Positions 52,967 through 62,645 of a stretch of DNA of 64,000 nt are shown one piece after another; the stretch's first letter is position 1, and every line of letters begins with the position of its first letter. The notes beneath the pieces are model-generated. The model did no database searches, was not told the origin of the DNA, and saw only the letters and a program-made list of their open reading frames with translations. Source of the stretch: Thiotrichales bacterium (GTDB taxonomy: Bacteria > Pseudomonadota > Gammaproteobacteria > Francisellales > CACEW01); assembly GCA_947478175.1 (NCBI GenBank), contig CANJUQ010000002.1, positions 49,758 to 113,757 of the forward strand. The letters are read 5' to 3'. A program made the position numbers and the translations under genes.

Positions 52967-53620
52967 ATGTTTAAAAAAATGTTTAAAAAATCTTGTTTCG
53001 CCCTGTTATTGACCAGCATTCAGCTTTCTGGTTTTGCATTAACCAACCAAGAGATTTTTGCGGGAACGCTCATGGGACAAGGATCAGGGACCTCTACGCC
53101 CACAACTGGAGCTACAGTTTCTCAGAATCAACCCACCTGGCGATGCATCGCAAAAAGCGCTTTGGGAGGCCCTCAATTTCAAGTCACTCATCAGGGAACC
53201 CAACAGTGGGTCAGCCAACAGGCTATGTCCCAATGTCAAAACAACCCAACCAGTACTAACCCCTATGCGAACCCCAGCTGCACAGCCACTTGTACCCTCG
53301 TGAGCGGCAGCACGACTTATCAAGCGACAAGCTATAAGCCCACTGCCTACCAAAATAATTCCTACCAAGCTCCCGCCTATAATCCCAATGGTGCCATTAC
53401 CCCACCTGAAAAAACCAATACTGGAAATAATACTGCCTCAGGACAATCCAACCAGACCACCCCTCTTCCACCTAAGCCTTATCAAGCCATCGTCGCTGCT
53501 CCTAATTCAGCCAAAATAGCCACAAACTCAGCCACCACCCCGCAATCCCAGCCCTCTTCTAATCCCTCAACGACTTCTTACAGCAATCCTTATCAACAAG
53601 TCATGGGCAGTGGGAATTAA
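52967..53620 (+). CDS. Secreted hypothetical protein with 4-Cys domain and low-complexity tail
   Basis: Signal peptide (..SGFA), WRCIA...SQC...SCTATC, S/T/P/Q/N-rich tail. Confidence 0.75.
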   Translation: MFKKMFKKSCFALLLTSIQLSGFALTNQEIFAGTLMGQGSGTSTPTTGATVSQNQPTWRCIAKSALGGPQFQVTHQGTQQWVSQQAMSQCQNNPTSTNPYANPSCTATCTLVSGSTTYQATSYKPTAYQNNSYQAPAYNPNGAITPPEKTNTGNNTASGQSNQTTPLPPKPYQAIVAAPNSAKIATNSATTPQSQPSSNPSTTSYSNPYQQVMGSGN

Positions 53621-53708
53621 AGAAATAATTAGAGAAATAACAGTAGTGATTATTCAACAAAATTATTAAGATCCCTGTCCGTTTTAACCCCCTGGATTTT
53701 TAGGCTTT

Positions 53709-54716
53709 ATGAAAATATTGGTCACAGGCGCTGCAGGTTTTATTGGATTTCATCTTTCTCAGCTTTTATTAGCCCGTGGTGATGAAGTCATTGGGTTAGA
53801 TAATTTAAATAATTACTACGACGTCAATTTAAAAATAGCTCGGTTAGATCAACTCAAAACTCATCCTAATTTTAGTTTTATCAAACTAGATCTGACTGAC
53901 AGGGCGGGTATAGAAAAACTCTTCCAAGAAAATAATATCCAAAAAGTCGCCCATCTAGCCGCCCAAGCCGGCGTGAGATACTCAATAGAAAACCCACATA
54001 CTTATATAGACAGCAATATCACTGGGTTCTTACATATTTTAGAAGGCTGCCGGCACCATAAAATTCAGCATTTAGTTTATGCGTCTACTAGCTCTGTTTA
54101 TGGCGCTCATACAAATCAGCCATTCACAGAAACAGAAAGCACTGAACACCCGATGGCTCTCTACGCTGCGACTAAGAAAGCCAATGAAATGATGGCGCAT
54201 TCGTATTCCAGCTTATTTAATTTACCGACGACTGGCTTAAGATTTTTTACGGTCTATGGCCCCTGGGGTCGGCCGGATATGGCCTTGTTTTTATTTACGA
54301 AAGCCATTTTATCTGGCGAGCCCTTAGATGTTTTTAATCATGGAAAGATGATTCGAGATTTTACCTATGTGACTGATATCGTTGAAGGGATCAAACGGGC
54401 TTTAGATAACCCGGCTAAGCCAGACCCAAACTGGAATAGTGATAAACCTAATCCTGCGACCAGCTATGCGCCTTATAAAATTTATAACATTGGAAATAAC
54501 CAGCCGGTCCAACTAATGGATTACATAAAAGCCATTGAACAATCGACGGGGAAATCAGCAAAATTTAATTTTCTCCCCATGCAAGCCGGCGATGTGCCAT
54601 CCACTTGTGCAGATGTTTCCAGATTAGAAAAAGACTTGGGATATCGACCCAAAGTCTCTGTGACAGAAGGGGTCGAAAATTTTGTGACATGGTATCGAGC
54701 ATACTTCAATATTTAA
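53709..54716 (+). CDS. NAD-dependent epimerase, UDP-glucuronate 4-epimerase type
   Basis: [44 protein letters not shown]. Confidence 0.92.
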   Translation: MKILVTGAAGFIGFHLSQLLLARGDEVIGLDNLNNYYDVNLKIARLDQLKTHPNFSFIKLDLTDRAGIEKLFQENNIQKVAHLAAQAGVRYSIENPHTYIDSNITGFLHILEGCRHHKIQHLVYASTSSVYGAHTNQPFTETESTEHPMALYAATKKANEMMAHSYSSLFNLPTTGLRFFTVYGPWGRPDMALFLFTKAILSGEPLDVFNHGKMIRDFTYVTDIVEGIKRALDNPAKPDPNWNSDKPNPATSYAPYKIYNIGNNQPVQLMDYIKAIEQSTGKSAKFNFLPMQAGDVPSTCADVSRLEKDLGYRPKVSVTEGVENFVTWYRAYFNI

Positions 54717-54841
54717 TTTTTACTTTTTAAGGGGTTATCTTGGATACGATGATTAAACTTGTTTCTAGCACAAAGCTTCCGTAGATAACCAAAAAAATTC
54801 ATCTAATATTTTCTTTTTTTAACTTTTAGGCAGGGGCACTT

Positions 54842-57800
54842 ATGAAAACTCAAATACGGTTGGTTTCACTTTCGATTTCGTTGGCGCTCTCTGGAATAGC
54901 CTGCGCAAGTACACAACAAGGCTTACTGATTAATTATTTACCCGCCACTTCTGTCGATCCCCATTGTCAAAATTCCATGCAAATCCAAACCTGGAATGGC
55001 TCCGGCTCTCCAGCGACTGGAAACTCCACCACACCGATTGGCCCCGGTGGAAGCACCACCGGCGCTCAAATGATCAGCAGTGGTGTAACCCCCGCCCCAA
55101 CCCCGGGAAATAATCAGGTTTACTTTGAGCTTGTCCCCGCTCAAGGAAGTACTACACCTTTAATTTGTCCTAACTATGCGCCGCCCGATGCGCCTGCACC
55201 CGGAAGCAACAACCCCTCCGTAACAAGCAACAGCTTCAAACTGGATGCACCTGATTTCATGACCACTCAACCGATGCCCACCGTGACAGTCCAATACACA
55301 GGATGCCAACCAACAACCGTTGGAGGTTCAACTTATCAACCTACTTTCACTTGTACTTATTCTGGTTTTACAGCCGGTGTTACCCCTAAAAATCAAATCA
55401 ACATGAGCCAAGTCCCCGATGCCGTAGCTTATATTGGTTCTAATTATGACTGGAAAGCCAATCCCTTGCTCTCTCTCGGGGCTAATTTTAACGACACCAA
55501 TACCTACCCCAATGGCTATAAAATTCCCGGCCAAAGAATTTATTACAATCTGACATTAACAACGCCGGGTACCCTGAATAACCCCATCAGCCTGACCCAT
55601 TCTAGCAACCGCGCCAACCCGGCTATGGGGATGGATTTTTCTGGAACGACCGGCTCATCCCCTACCGGTCAATTCGCTATCGGCGGTGCTGCCGATAATC
55701 GAAATAATATTTCCACCATTAATTCCAGTGACGACACAGCGCCGCTCTTAGCACCTCAAGATAATCAACTACAAACCTGCTCTGCAGGAAAATCTGAATC
55801 AGGCCAAGCGTATTATCAATGCCAAGTGAATATTTGTGCGTGTGATCCTGGACTACCCGCCAGTAGCGTAGGCTCTTGCTATATCAATGGAACCGGCTCG
55901 CCCATTTTGGCGGCCATTACTTCAGGCGACAGCGAAACTGCTAATTACTTAGACTCTTCTAGTTTCTCTTGTGCTGGCCAAACGCCAGGCCAAGCCGGCC
56001 CGGTTTTCCAAAGTTTTAATTTGTTTTTAGAGAAACCCTTCTTAGCTGCCAGTGTTCAAGATTTAGCGAATTACAATGTCTCCCAAGCCGTGACAAAATA
56101 TGGCAGTACGTATCCTGCGGCTCCAGGAACAACTTTCCCCGGCATGGTTAGACTGGTCATTCCTGTTCAAAGTGGCGGTGTCAGTGGCATTCCTTTAGGG
56201 CAATATTTTATTGATGGAATTAATGCCGATGGCACGCCGTCTTTCTTAAACTCGCCCGGTGAGGCTACATATCAAATTGTTCCCGCAGCAGTGACTACTG
56301 GGACTAATAAGACTATTTGTGGAAAAAATTACCCGGCTCTTCCTAATGGCTTTAATACCACACAAACTATGACACCAGGTGTCGAACCCATCCTATCCAA
56401 CGCCACTGCCACTTGTGATTGGGGCCCCATCAAAATACAACCGGGCGTAGATAATGCAGGGACACCTGATCAAGATGGTCTGAAATTATCCATTGATTCA
56501 ACCAATGGTTTATTACTTGTTGACGCCAGCCAATTTAAACCAACCACTGGAAGCACCCAAGGCGGACTCTATCAAGTCACGATCCAAGCAACAGATGCAG
56601 AACCGGGTTCCACAGGAACGGTCTATCAGACTATTTATCTCAATGTTTCCAGTCTTAACCAATCTGAATACAGCGCCACTGGGTCACCATTAGGTGCAGG
56701 TTCATTAGGCTTTTCACCCTTGACCCCCTTTAACTCAGCATGGATTTACATGCCAGGTTATGTGACTAGCAATAATCCTAATGGACCCACTAGTTCTTCA
56801 GGCTCTTCTACGACCAGCCCTGGAAGCAGCAGCAATACAACCGGCAGTAATAATGTCTGTAAAACTCAACCAGACCCCACGAATCACTCTGCCAATCAAA
56901 CGAGCAGTGACCCTTGTGTAATTTACAGCGACACGCTGAATCAAGTGGCCTCTGCGGGAACCCCTGTCCAATATGTCACGGCAGATATGATGTGGATTGC
57001 CTTTGCTAATTCAGCTGATTCTTTCCCAATGCCCGATGGTCCTGGCGGCTCATACACACTCAGTCCAATTAACAATAATTTTTTCACTAGCCAATCGGTC
57101 ACCCCTAATCCCGACACGACCACTATTCAAGATGTCGTGAGTTACTTCTCAACTAATAATCCCAACGTCCGCTTTATCTTAACTTCTGAATTAGACAACC
57201 CAGTGATGGGCGAACTCAGCCAAATGCAAGATACGTTAGCTCCTAATCAAACTCCGGGGACTGACTTTACCCAATTAGACCGACTCGTTTGGTCAACCAC
57301 TCTACCCTTCGTTCCTAGTGGAAACCCTAATAGCAATCTTTTAAGTGGCTTACAGTTTGATGTCGAGCCATTTAAAAACTCCCCAACTGCTGCTGAATAT
57401 TACAAACGTGTTTCAGATATTTTAGCCAGACATGGTAAAGTTTTTGAAACCTTTGCTTTCGCTGATGCTGCTATGCCTGAAGGGACTTCACTCAATATCC
57501 CCACTCCTTCTATCACTATGGCGATGGGCCCCTTGGGAATTTTCTTACCCTCTATGTATGACGTAGGAAATGCCACAGACCCTAACTATGCCAGCACGTA
57601 TGCTTCCAATTTTATGCCTGGAACACCTAATGTGATTGATAATAATTGTCATTGGAGCGGAAGCTTTGCTTATAACTACACACTAAGTGGTCATAGCATG
57701 GATGGCGTTCCACTCCCCATCCAAGGTTATTGCAACTTGAGTCTCACAGACACTATTTCAAATGATGCAATGCTCTTGGGCTACACCGAAAAAATGCCGA

Positions 57801-59386
57801 CTGACCAACCAGAAAGCAATAGCAATGGGCTGTTTACTAACATGCTTTCAGCTTACGGTGGTCACTTTCAAATGGCAGTTCCAAGCCAAGGTTCTGCTGA
57901 AAACTATACGGCGCAAATTGTCATTAACCCCGTTTGTTCCGTGAACAATGAACAAGGATCTAATCCCAATGGCACCCTTGAACCCTTAGATATGGCAGTT
58001 GTTAAGCAAGACCCTTACAGTGCGCATTTAGGCCCTGATGTCTGTAGCAGCACTCCAGGCGCTAACATGGTCAATGTCATTCCTGGGTTGCCTAGTAACT
58101 TTGCTTACGGGGGAACTATTCCGACCTCTATCACTGACGTTATCAACGCCGTTGGTGCAGACCAAAAGAATCGCATCACTGATGCCAATCTCAATGCTGC
58201 AATGCCTCTGATTATTTCCCAATTAAAACCTCTGACTTATTACATGGGAACCGATCAATATTGCGTGTCTCAACAAGGTGCTGGATTCTCACCTTCCACT
58301 GACCATCTCAATGAAACCTGGGAAGATGCTTGTCGTTATTTGATTTATCTTTCTAATCCTAATAACGAAACAGGCAGCCCTGTGGTAAGCGCTTTCTCGG
58401 GTTTAAATAATGGCGCAACGCCTTCCCAAGACGCTTATATCCAAGCTTTAATTAGCTTTGCCCAAGGTAATTTTGATACGCAATTTAATACTGGCAAAGC
58501 CATGGATATTGGAACGCCAGCCACCAACCCAACTAACCTAGGGCTTGCCATGTACTCTCTTGCCTCTGAGTCGGTCATTGGCTGCTTTGCTGGTGAGTCT
58601 CATGCTTTGAAAGAAAACTGCTTGTTGGGATTACCGGTGACTACGCCGTTGAATGATCCAAGTGGGGGGAATGTTGCACCGGTGGGTCATGTATCAATTA
58701 CTGTCCAAAAAGCAATTTACATCAACCCAACCTCTTATTCTTTGACTTGGGTATTAAATTGCCCAGGAACGACAGCCCCAAGCGACCTTTCATCTTCTAT
58801 ATCAACAGCTGCTGTCACTGGATCTGGGCCTAGAACATCACTCTCAATGGTTGCAGGTGCAGGTAAAACTTGTGGCGCTTCCAGTACAGAGACTTTTTCA
58901 ACTTATGGCGGATACACTGTTTCGCCTAGTTCTCAAGTTTCGGTTTCTTTGGTTAATAGCCAGTTCCAGGCCATTACTCCTTCTGTAACCACTACTTTAT
59001 CTACAAGCAGCTCCACCCAGTTAAACCCCGTTTGGTTCGACGTTTATCAGTACACACAACCTTCATCTGGCGCTTCGGTGACAATCCAAAAAGCGAGCTA
59101 TATCAGCTCAACTTCTTATAGCATCACTTGGGTTTTAAATTGCACAACGGCCCCAAGTAATCTCTCATCTTCCATATCGACAGCAGCTGTCACAGGGTCA
59201 GGACCACGAAAATCTCTTTCGATGGTTGCCGGAGCTGGTAAAGTTTGCGGTGCTCCATATACCGCCTCGTTCAGCACTTATGGTGGTTACACTGTCTCAC
59301 CAGGAAACCAGGTCTCTCTTGCCCTAGTGGATAGTAAATTTCAAGAAATCACCAAGGCTCAAACAGCCCCACTGACCAGCCCTTAA
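54842..59386 (+). CDS. Large secreted multidomain protein: Ig-like segment, GH18-like TIM-barrel motif, two C-terminal repeats
   Basis: Signal peptide; LSIDSTNG...YQVTIQATD; SGLQFDVEP and PSMYD; duplicated ~100-aa module. Confidence 0.85.
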   Translation: MKTQIRLVSLSISLALSGIACASTQQGLLINYLPATSVDPHCQNSMQIQTWNGSGSPATGNSTTPIGPGGSTTGAQMISSGVTPAPTPGNNQVYFELVPAQGSTTPLICPNYAPPDAPAPGSNNPSVTSNSFKLDAPDFMTTQPMPTVTVQYTGCQPTTVGGSTYQPTFTCTYSGFTAGVTPKNQINMSQVPDAVAYIGSNYDWKANPLLSLGANFNDTNTYPNGYKIPGQRIYYNLTLTTPGTLNNPISLTHSSNRANPAMGMDFSGTTGSSPTGQFAIGGAADNRNNISTINSSDDTAPLLAPQDNQLQTCSAGKSESGQAYYQCQVNICACDPGLPASSVGSCYINGTGSPILAAITSGDSETANYLDSSSFSCAGQTPGQAGPVFQSFNLFLEKPFLAASVQDLANYNVSQAVTKYGSTYPAAPGTTFPGMVRLVIPVQSGGVSGIPLGQYFIDGINADGTPSFLNSPGEATYQIVPAAVTTGTNKTICGKNYPALPNGFNTTQTMTPGVEPILSNATATCDWGPIKIQPGVDNAGTPDQDGLKLSIDSTNGLLLVDASQFKPTTGSTQGGLYQVTIQATDAEPGSTGTVYQTIYLNVSSLNQSEYSATGSPLGAGSLGFSPLTPFNSAWIYMPGYVTSNNPNGPTSSSGSSTTSPGSSSNTTGSNNVCKTQPDPTNHSANQTSSDPCVIYSDTLNQVASAGTPVQYVTADMMWIAFANSADSFPMPDGPGGSYTLSPINNNFFTSQSVTPNPDTTTIQDVVSYFSTNNPNVRFILTSELDNPVMGELSQMQDTLAPNQTPGTDFTQLDRLVWSTTLPFVPSGNPNSNLLSGLQFDVEPFKNSPTAAEYYKRVSDILARHGKVFETFAFADAAMPEGTSLNIPTPSITMAMGPLGIFLPSMYDVGNATDPNYASTYASNFMPGTPNVIDNNCHWSGSFAYNYTLSGHSMDGVPLPIQGYCNLSLTDTISNDAMLLGYTEKMPTDQPESNSNGLFTNMLSAYGGHFQMAVPSQGSAENYTAQIVINPVCSVNNEQGSNPNGTLEPLDMAVVKQDPYSAHLGPDVCSSTPGANMVNVIPGLPSNFAYGGTIPTSITDVINAVGADQKNRITDANLNAAMPLIISQLKPLTYYMGTDQYCVSQQGAGFSPSTDHLNETWEDACRYLIYLSNPNNETGSPVVSAFSGLNNGATPSQDAYIQALISFAQGNFDTQFNTGKAMDIGTPATNPTNLGLAMYSLASESVIGCFAGESHALKENCLLGLPVTTPLNDPSGGNVAPVGHVSITVQKAIYINPTSYSLTWVLNCPGTTAPSDLSSSISTAAVTGSGPRTSLSMVAGAGKTCGASSTETFSTYGGYTVSPSSQVSVSLVNSQFQAITPSVTTTLSTSSSTQLNPVWFDVYQYTQPSSGASVTIQKASYISSTSYSITWVLNCTTAPSNLSSSISTAAVTGSGPRKSLSMVAGAGKVCGAPYTASFSTYGGYTVSPGNQVSLALVDSKFQEITKAQTAPLTSP
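58691..58998 (+). repeat. C-terminal module copy 1
   Basis: ITVQKAIYINPTSYSLTWVLNC...KTCGASSTETFSTYGGYTV...FQAIT. Confidence 0.9.
59078..59383 (+). repeat. C-terminal module copy 2
   Basis: VTIQKASYISSTSYSITWVLNC...KVCGAPYTASFSTYGGYTV...FQEITKAQTAPLT. Confidence 0.9.
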
Positions 59387-59405
59387 AGATTTAGCGCCTC
59401 TTATC

Positions 59406-59432
59406 AAAGCCCTCCCCGAGGGCTTTTTTTTT
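59406..59432 (+). terminator. Rho-independent terminator
   Basis: AAAGCCCTC-CCC-GAGGGCTTTTTTTTT. Confidence 0.88.
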
Positions 59433-59517
59433 GTTCTCTTCTTTCTTGAAAAAAAAACTTCTTCACCTAGCCTCTCGGCTTCTCAAAAAAATCATCCAAT
59501 CACCGAGGGACACGCCC

Positions 59518-62517
59518 ATGAAATTCACCCGCTCTTTGCTTTCTTCCGCTTTGCTCTTAGCCACTACTCAAGTATTTGCCACCCAGCTAGTTCCCTACGG
59601 AAGCGGGGTTTATTTTTATTCATGGACGGCCAATGAATATTGTTCGACTGACACCAGCATTAACCCAACAGGCAGTTGCCCCGAAAAATGGACTGACACC
59701 GTCAAAAATATTAATGCCCAACTCCCTACAGACCCTACAACAGGCGCTATAACCGCTGATAAAGCACAGATTAAATATATTTATTTAGATTCCATTCAAT
59801 TTAATTTCTCTCATGCTGATGCCCCGCTCTCTCAATCCATTTTTAAAGTCGGTGGCTGTGGTGATACCGCTGATATTACTTATTGTGTTAACTCAGGTGG
59901 CCTGACTTATGCCAGCCCTAATAATCAAAATGGTCCTGACGCTGTTAAGCAATTAGCCACAGAGTTAGGCATGCCCGCTTCGACTTATTACATCATGCCT
60001 ATGATTTCAGACGCCCGAGATAAAGGCATAATGAACATGTCGTCAGGCCAACTTCAATCACTCGCTTTTTCGCTGGCTTGTATTGTCAATCCAAGCGCTA
60101 GCGTTCCAAATCCTTGGCTATCTAATCTTGATCAATCCCCCTTCACTGGTGGACCAACAAGTTGTAAAGATGTCTTTATGGGCAGCATGACGAATTATTC
60201 TGCACAAAATATCAGCGGGCTTGCTTTTGACGTTGAAAACCCAGATTTCAGTGGTCGTCATTATATTCAAGCCAATGGCACACTAGGTCCTGTTGATCAA
60301 AATAGCGCTTCAGATTTTTATTCCACGCTTCAACAATCCATTGGTGCCATGACTCCAGCCAAATATATTATGTTCTCACGAGGCCCAGGGGGCTTGCTTG
60401 AAACTAATGATGGCCAGCAAGCAGGCACAGTCTTATCACCTACTACAGGCTTACCTATAAGCTTACCTACTTTTGGAGAAATATTAGGCGGCAATCCTAA
60501 CGGCATGTCTTATACCCCAGCCGTCACAACAGGCTTAAATCAAAACCCGGGCCCTAAATTTATTTTCTCCCCTCAAATTTATGATTTATGCGATGGCTTA
60601 GGTAACACGACCACCAGCTGGGCCTGCCCATTGGCTGCGCCTATTGATCCAGGCATGGATTATCAAAACGGTGCCAATTCTGTCGCCACCCCTGCTATTG
60701 ATGCTGTTAAGGGCTCAGAAAATTGGGGGAAACAAAATGCTGCTAGTAAAAGCGGCGCCCTCCGTGGTCCCGTCGCTGGTGCTTATTACAACAATTATCT
60801 ATTTCTACAAGCCATCCCCAATTCTCCTATGCCAGGTTCCACATCGACCCTATTAAGCCCCAATAGCACCCCTTTAAATCTTTCCTGGGTTTTATTTTTC
60901 CCTGATGGGAACCCACAAGATAAATATTACAGTTTGTACAACAACCCATTAAACGACGTGACTGTACAAGCCATGTCGATGCCTTATCTTTTTAAATCAG
61001 AGCTTGAAGGCAAATCGTTCATGCCTGTTATAACAGTGAGTGGCGTCACCAGTGGTGTGATCTCAACGACTCAATATCCGCTATCTAGCATGACCAATAC
61101 GAATCCCATTTCCCCTCCTGACGTCCCTGTTCAGCTTACTATTTCAGGCGGAGCTTCCAGCCAAATCTGGGAACATGTGAACCTATACAATGTTGATGCA
61201 GGCCTCATTACTCCTAACTCAACCCTACCGAACACAATCACACCCACCACATCAGGTGCGACAATTGATTACTACAGATACCCCACTCAGTTTGATACGA
61301 CAGGTAAGTATGAACAACCTGACCTCTTCCCTAATCCTGATTACATTACGGATGTTAACAATGGGGACTCTGTTATAACCCAGTACTACTCAATCCCCTT
61401 TACCCCAAGCATGATTTATACCAACAAACAATTCTGCCAATACGAGAACCCCAATGGCTCTTCTGGTGGAACTATTCCTAACTGTATTTCTTACAAAAAC
61501 CCCTACGGCGAAACCGTTGCTGCTTATGCAGATTCGTTCTTTACAACGCTGCAATATGCTTTAGCGAATGATTCTGCAGCTGCAAGCACACAAACCTCTG
61601 CGCCTTTCTATGGCGTCGCCATGTATCCATTCACGCCTTATGGTTATTTCGATCAAGCGTGCACGGCCTCTGCGACCAACCTCAATCCTTGCAAAGCAGG
61701 CTTCTTCCCTGAAGCCCCAGATGGCTTAGTCAATGGCCAAAAACCCCAGACTAGCTTCTGGAAAATCTATGTCGGAAAATTTGGGAATCAATGGACGGGA
61801 GCGTCTACTGGAACCATCCCAACAGCCCAAGCCAATGGAGGAACAACCCCTTTTGCACCCGCTTCAGAAACTTTAATCACTCTACCTGCAGGGTATTACA
61901 GCAATAGTGGCGGTACGGCGACAGTGAATTTCAATGTCAGCACTTATCCAGCAGGGACAACCACCGATTCTAATATCAACAGCTATCGCGCTAGACTTGT
62001 CGACGCAACTGGCATGGTTGTTGCTTCTTCTGATCAAGGCGGATCTTGCAGCACAACTTCTTGTACAATTACCAACGCTCCTGGCGGAAATTACACCTTG
62101 GAAGTTCAAGCGTTAGCTTCGAATGGCGGCGTGATTACAGAAGTGGATGCAGCGGCGATGTCTCCAGGTGCGCCTCCTGTGCCAAGTTCACAAGCGGCAA
62201 TTACTATCCAAAATGCAACTTATGTCAGCCCTACTTCTTATACAATAACTTGGATTTTGAACTGCTCAGGGACAACACCTCCAAAAAATCTTTCCTCATC
62301 TATATCAACGGCAGCAGTGACGGGGCCTGGACCGAGAACATCACTCTCAATGGTCTCAGGTACAGAAAAAACTTGTGGCGCTTCCAGTACAGAGACTTTT
62401 TCAACTTATGGCGGATATAACGTTGCAGTAGGTTCTCAAGTTTCTGTTTTCTTAGTTGATGACCAGTTTCAGGCCTTAACAACACCTCAAACAGCTCCAT
62501 TGACTACTGGCAACTAA
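59518..62517 (+). CDS. Secreted GH18-like protein with FN3-like segment and shared C-terminal module
   Basis: GAGGGA RBS, MKFTRSLL signal peptide; SGLAFDVENP, PQIYD; CTITNAPGGNYTLEVQA. Confidence 0.85.
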   Translation: MKFTRSLLSSALLLATTQVFATQLVPYGSGVYFYSWTANEYCSTDTSINPTGSCPEKWTDTVKNINAQLPTDPTTGAITADKAQIKYIYLDSIQFNFSHADAPLSQSIFKVGGCGDTADITYCVNSGGLTYASPNNQNGPDAVKQLATELGMPASTYYIMPMISDARDKGIMNMSSGQLQSLAFSLACIVNPSASVPNPWLSNLDQSPFTGGPTSCKDVFMGSMTNYSAQNISGLAFDVENPDFSGRHYIQANGTLGPVDQNSASDFYSTLQQSIGAMTPAKYIMFSRGPGGLLETNDGQQAGTVLSPTTGLPISLPTFGEILGGNPNGMSYTPAVTTGLNQNPGPKFIFSPQIYDLCDGLGNTTTSWACPLAAPIDPGMDYQNGANSVATPAIDAVKGSENWGKQNAASKSGALRGPVAGAYYNNYLFLQAIPNSPMPGSTSTLLSPNSTPLNLSWVLFFPDGNPQDKYYSLYNNPLNDVTVQAMSMPYLFKSELEGKSFMPVITVSGVTSGVISTTQYPLSSMTNTNPISPPDVPVQLTISGGASSQIWEHVNLYNVDAGLITPNSTLPNTITPTTSGATIDYYRYPTQFDTTGKYEQPDLFPNPDYITDVNNGDSVITQYYSIPFTPSMIYTNKQFCQYENPNGSSGGTIPNCISYKNPYGETVAAYADSFFTTLQYALANDSAAASTQTSAPFYGVAMYPFTPYGYFDQACTASATNLNPCKAGFFPEAPDGLVNGQKPQTSFWKIYVGKFGNQWTGASTGTIPTAQANGGTTPFAPASETLITLPAGYYSNSGGTATVNFNVSTYPAGTTTDSNINSYRARLVDATGMVVASSDQGGSCSTTSCTITNAPGGNYTLEVQALASNGGVITEVDAAAMSPGAPPVPSSQAAITIQNATYVSPTSYTITWILNCSGTTPPKNLSSSISTAAVTGPGPRTSLSMVSGTEKTCGASSTETFSTYGGYNVAVGSQVSVFLVDDQFQALTTPQTAPLTTGN
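62200..62514 (+). repeat. C-terminal module copy 3
   Basis: ITIQNATYVSPTSYTITWILNC...KTCGASSTETFSTYGGYNV...FQALTTPQTAPLT; 62368-62417 identical to 58865-58914. Confidence 0.9.
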
Positions 62518-62550
62518 ATAAAAAAACTAATTTATTAAGCAAGTATAGCG

Positions 62551-62573
62551 GCCCTCCCCCGAGGGCTTTTTTT
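62551..62573 (+). terminator. Rho-independent terminator
   Basis: GCCCTC-CCCC-GAGGGCTTTTTTT, near-identical to the one at 59406. Confidence 0.88.
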
Positions 62574-62645
62574 GCTGAAATATTCTTTGAAAAAACCAAC
62601 CCTTCCCCTAGGATTTATATTAGAAAACCAATCTGGACTATCCCC

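Noticed and set aside
59431-59517. Upstream TTG start of the 1028-aa ORF
   Set aside because: It begins in the terminator T tract; RBS and signal peptide support ATG 59518
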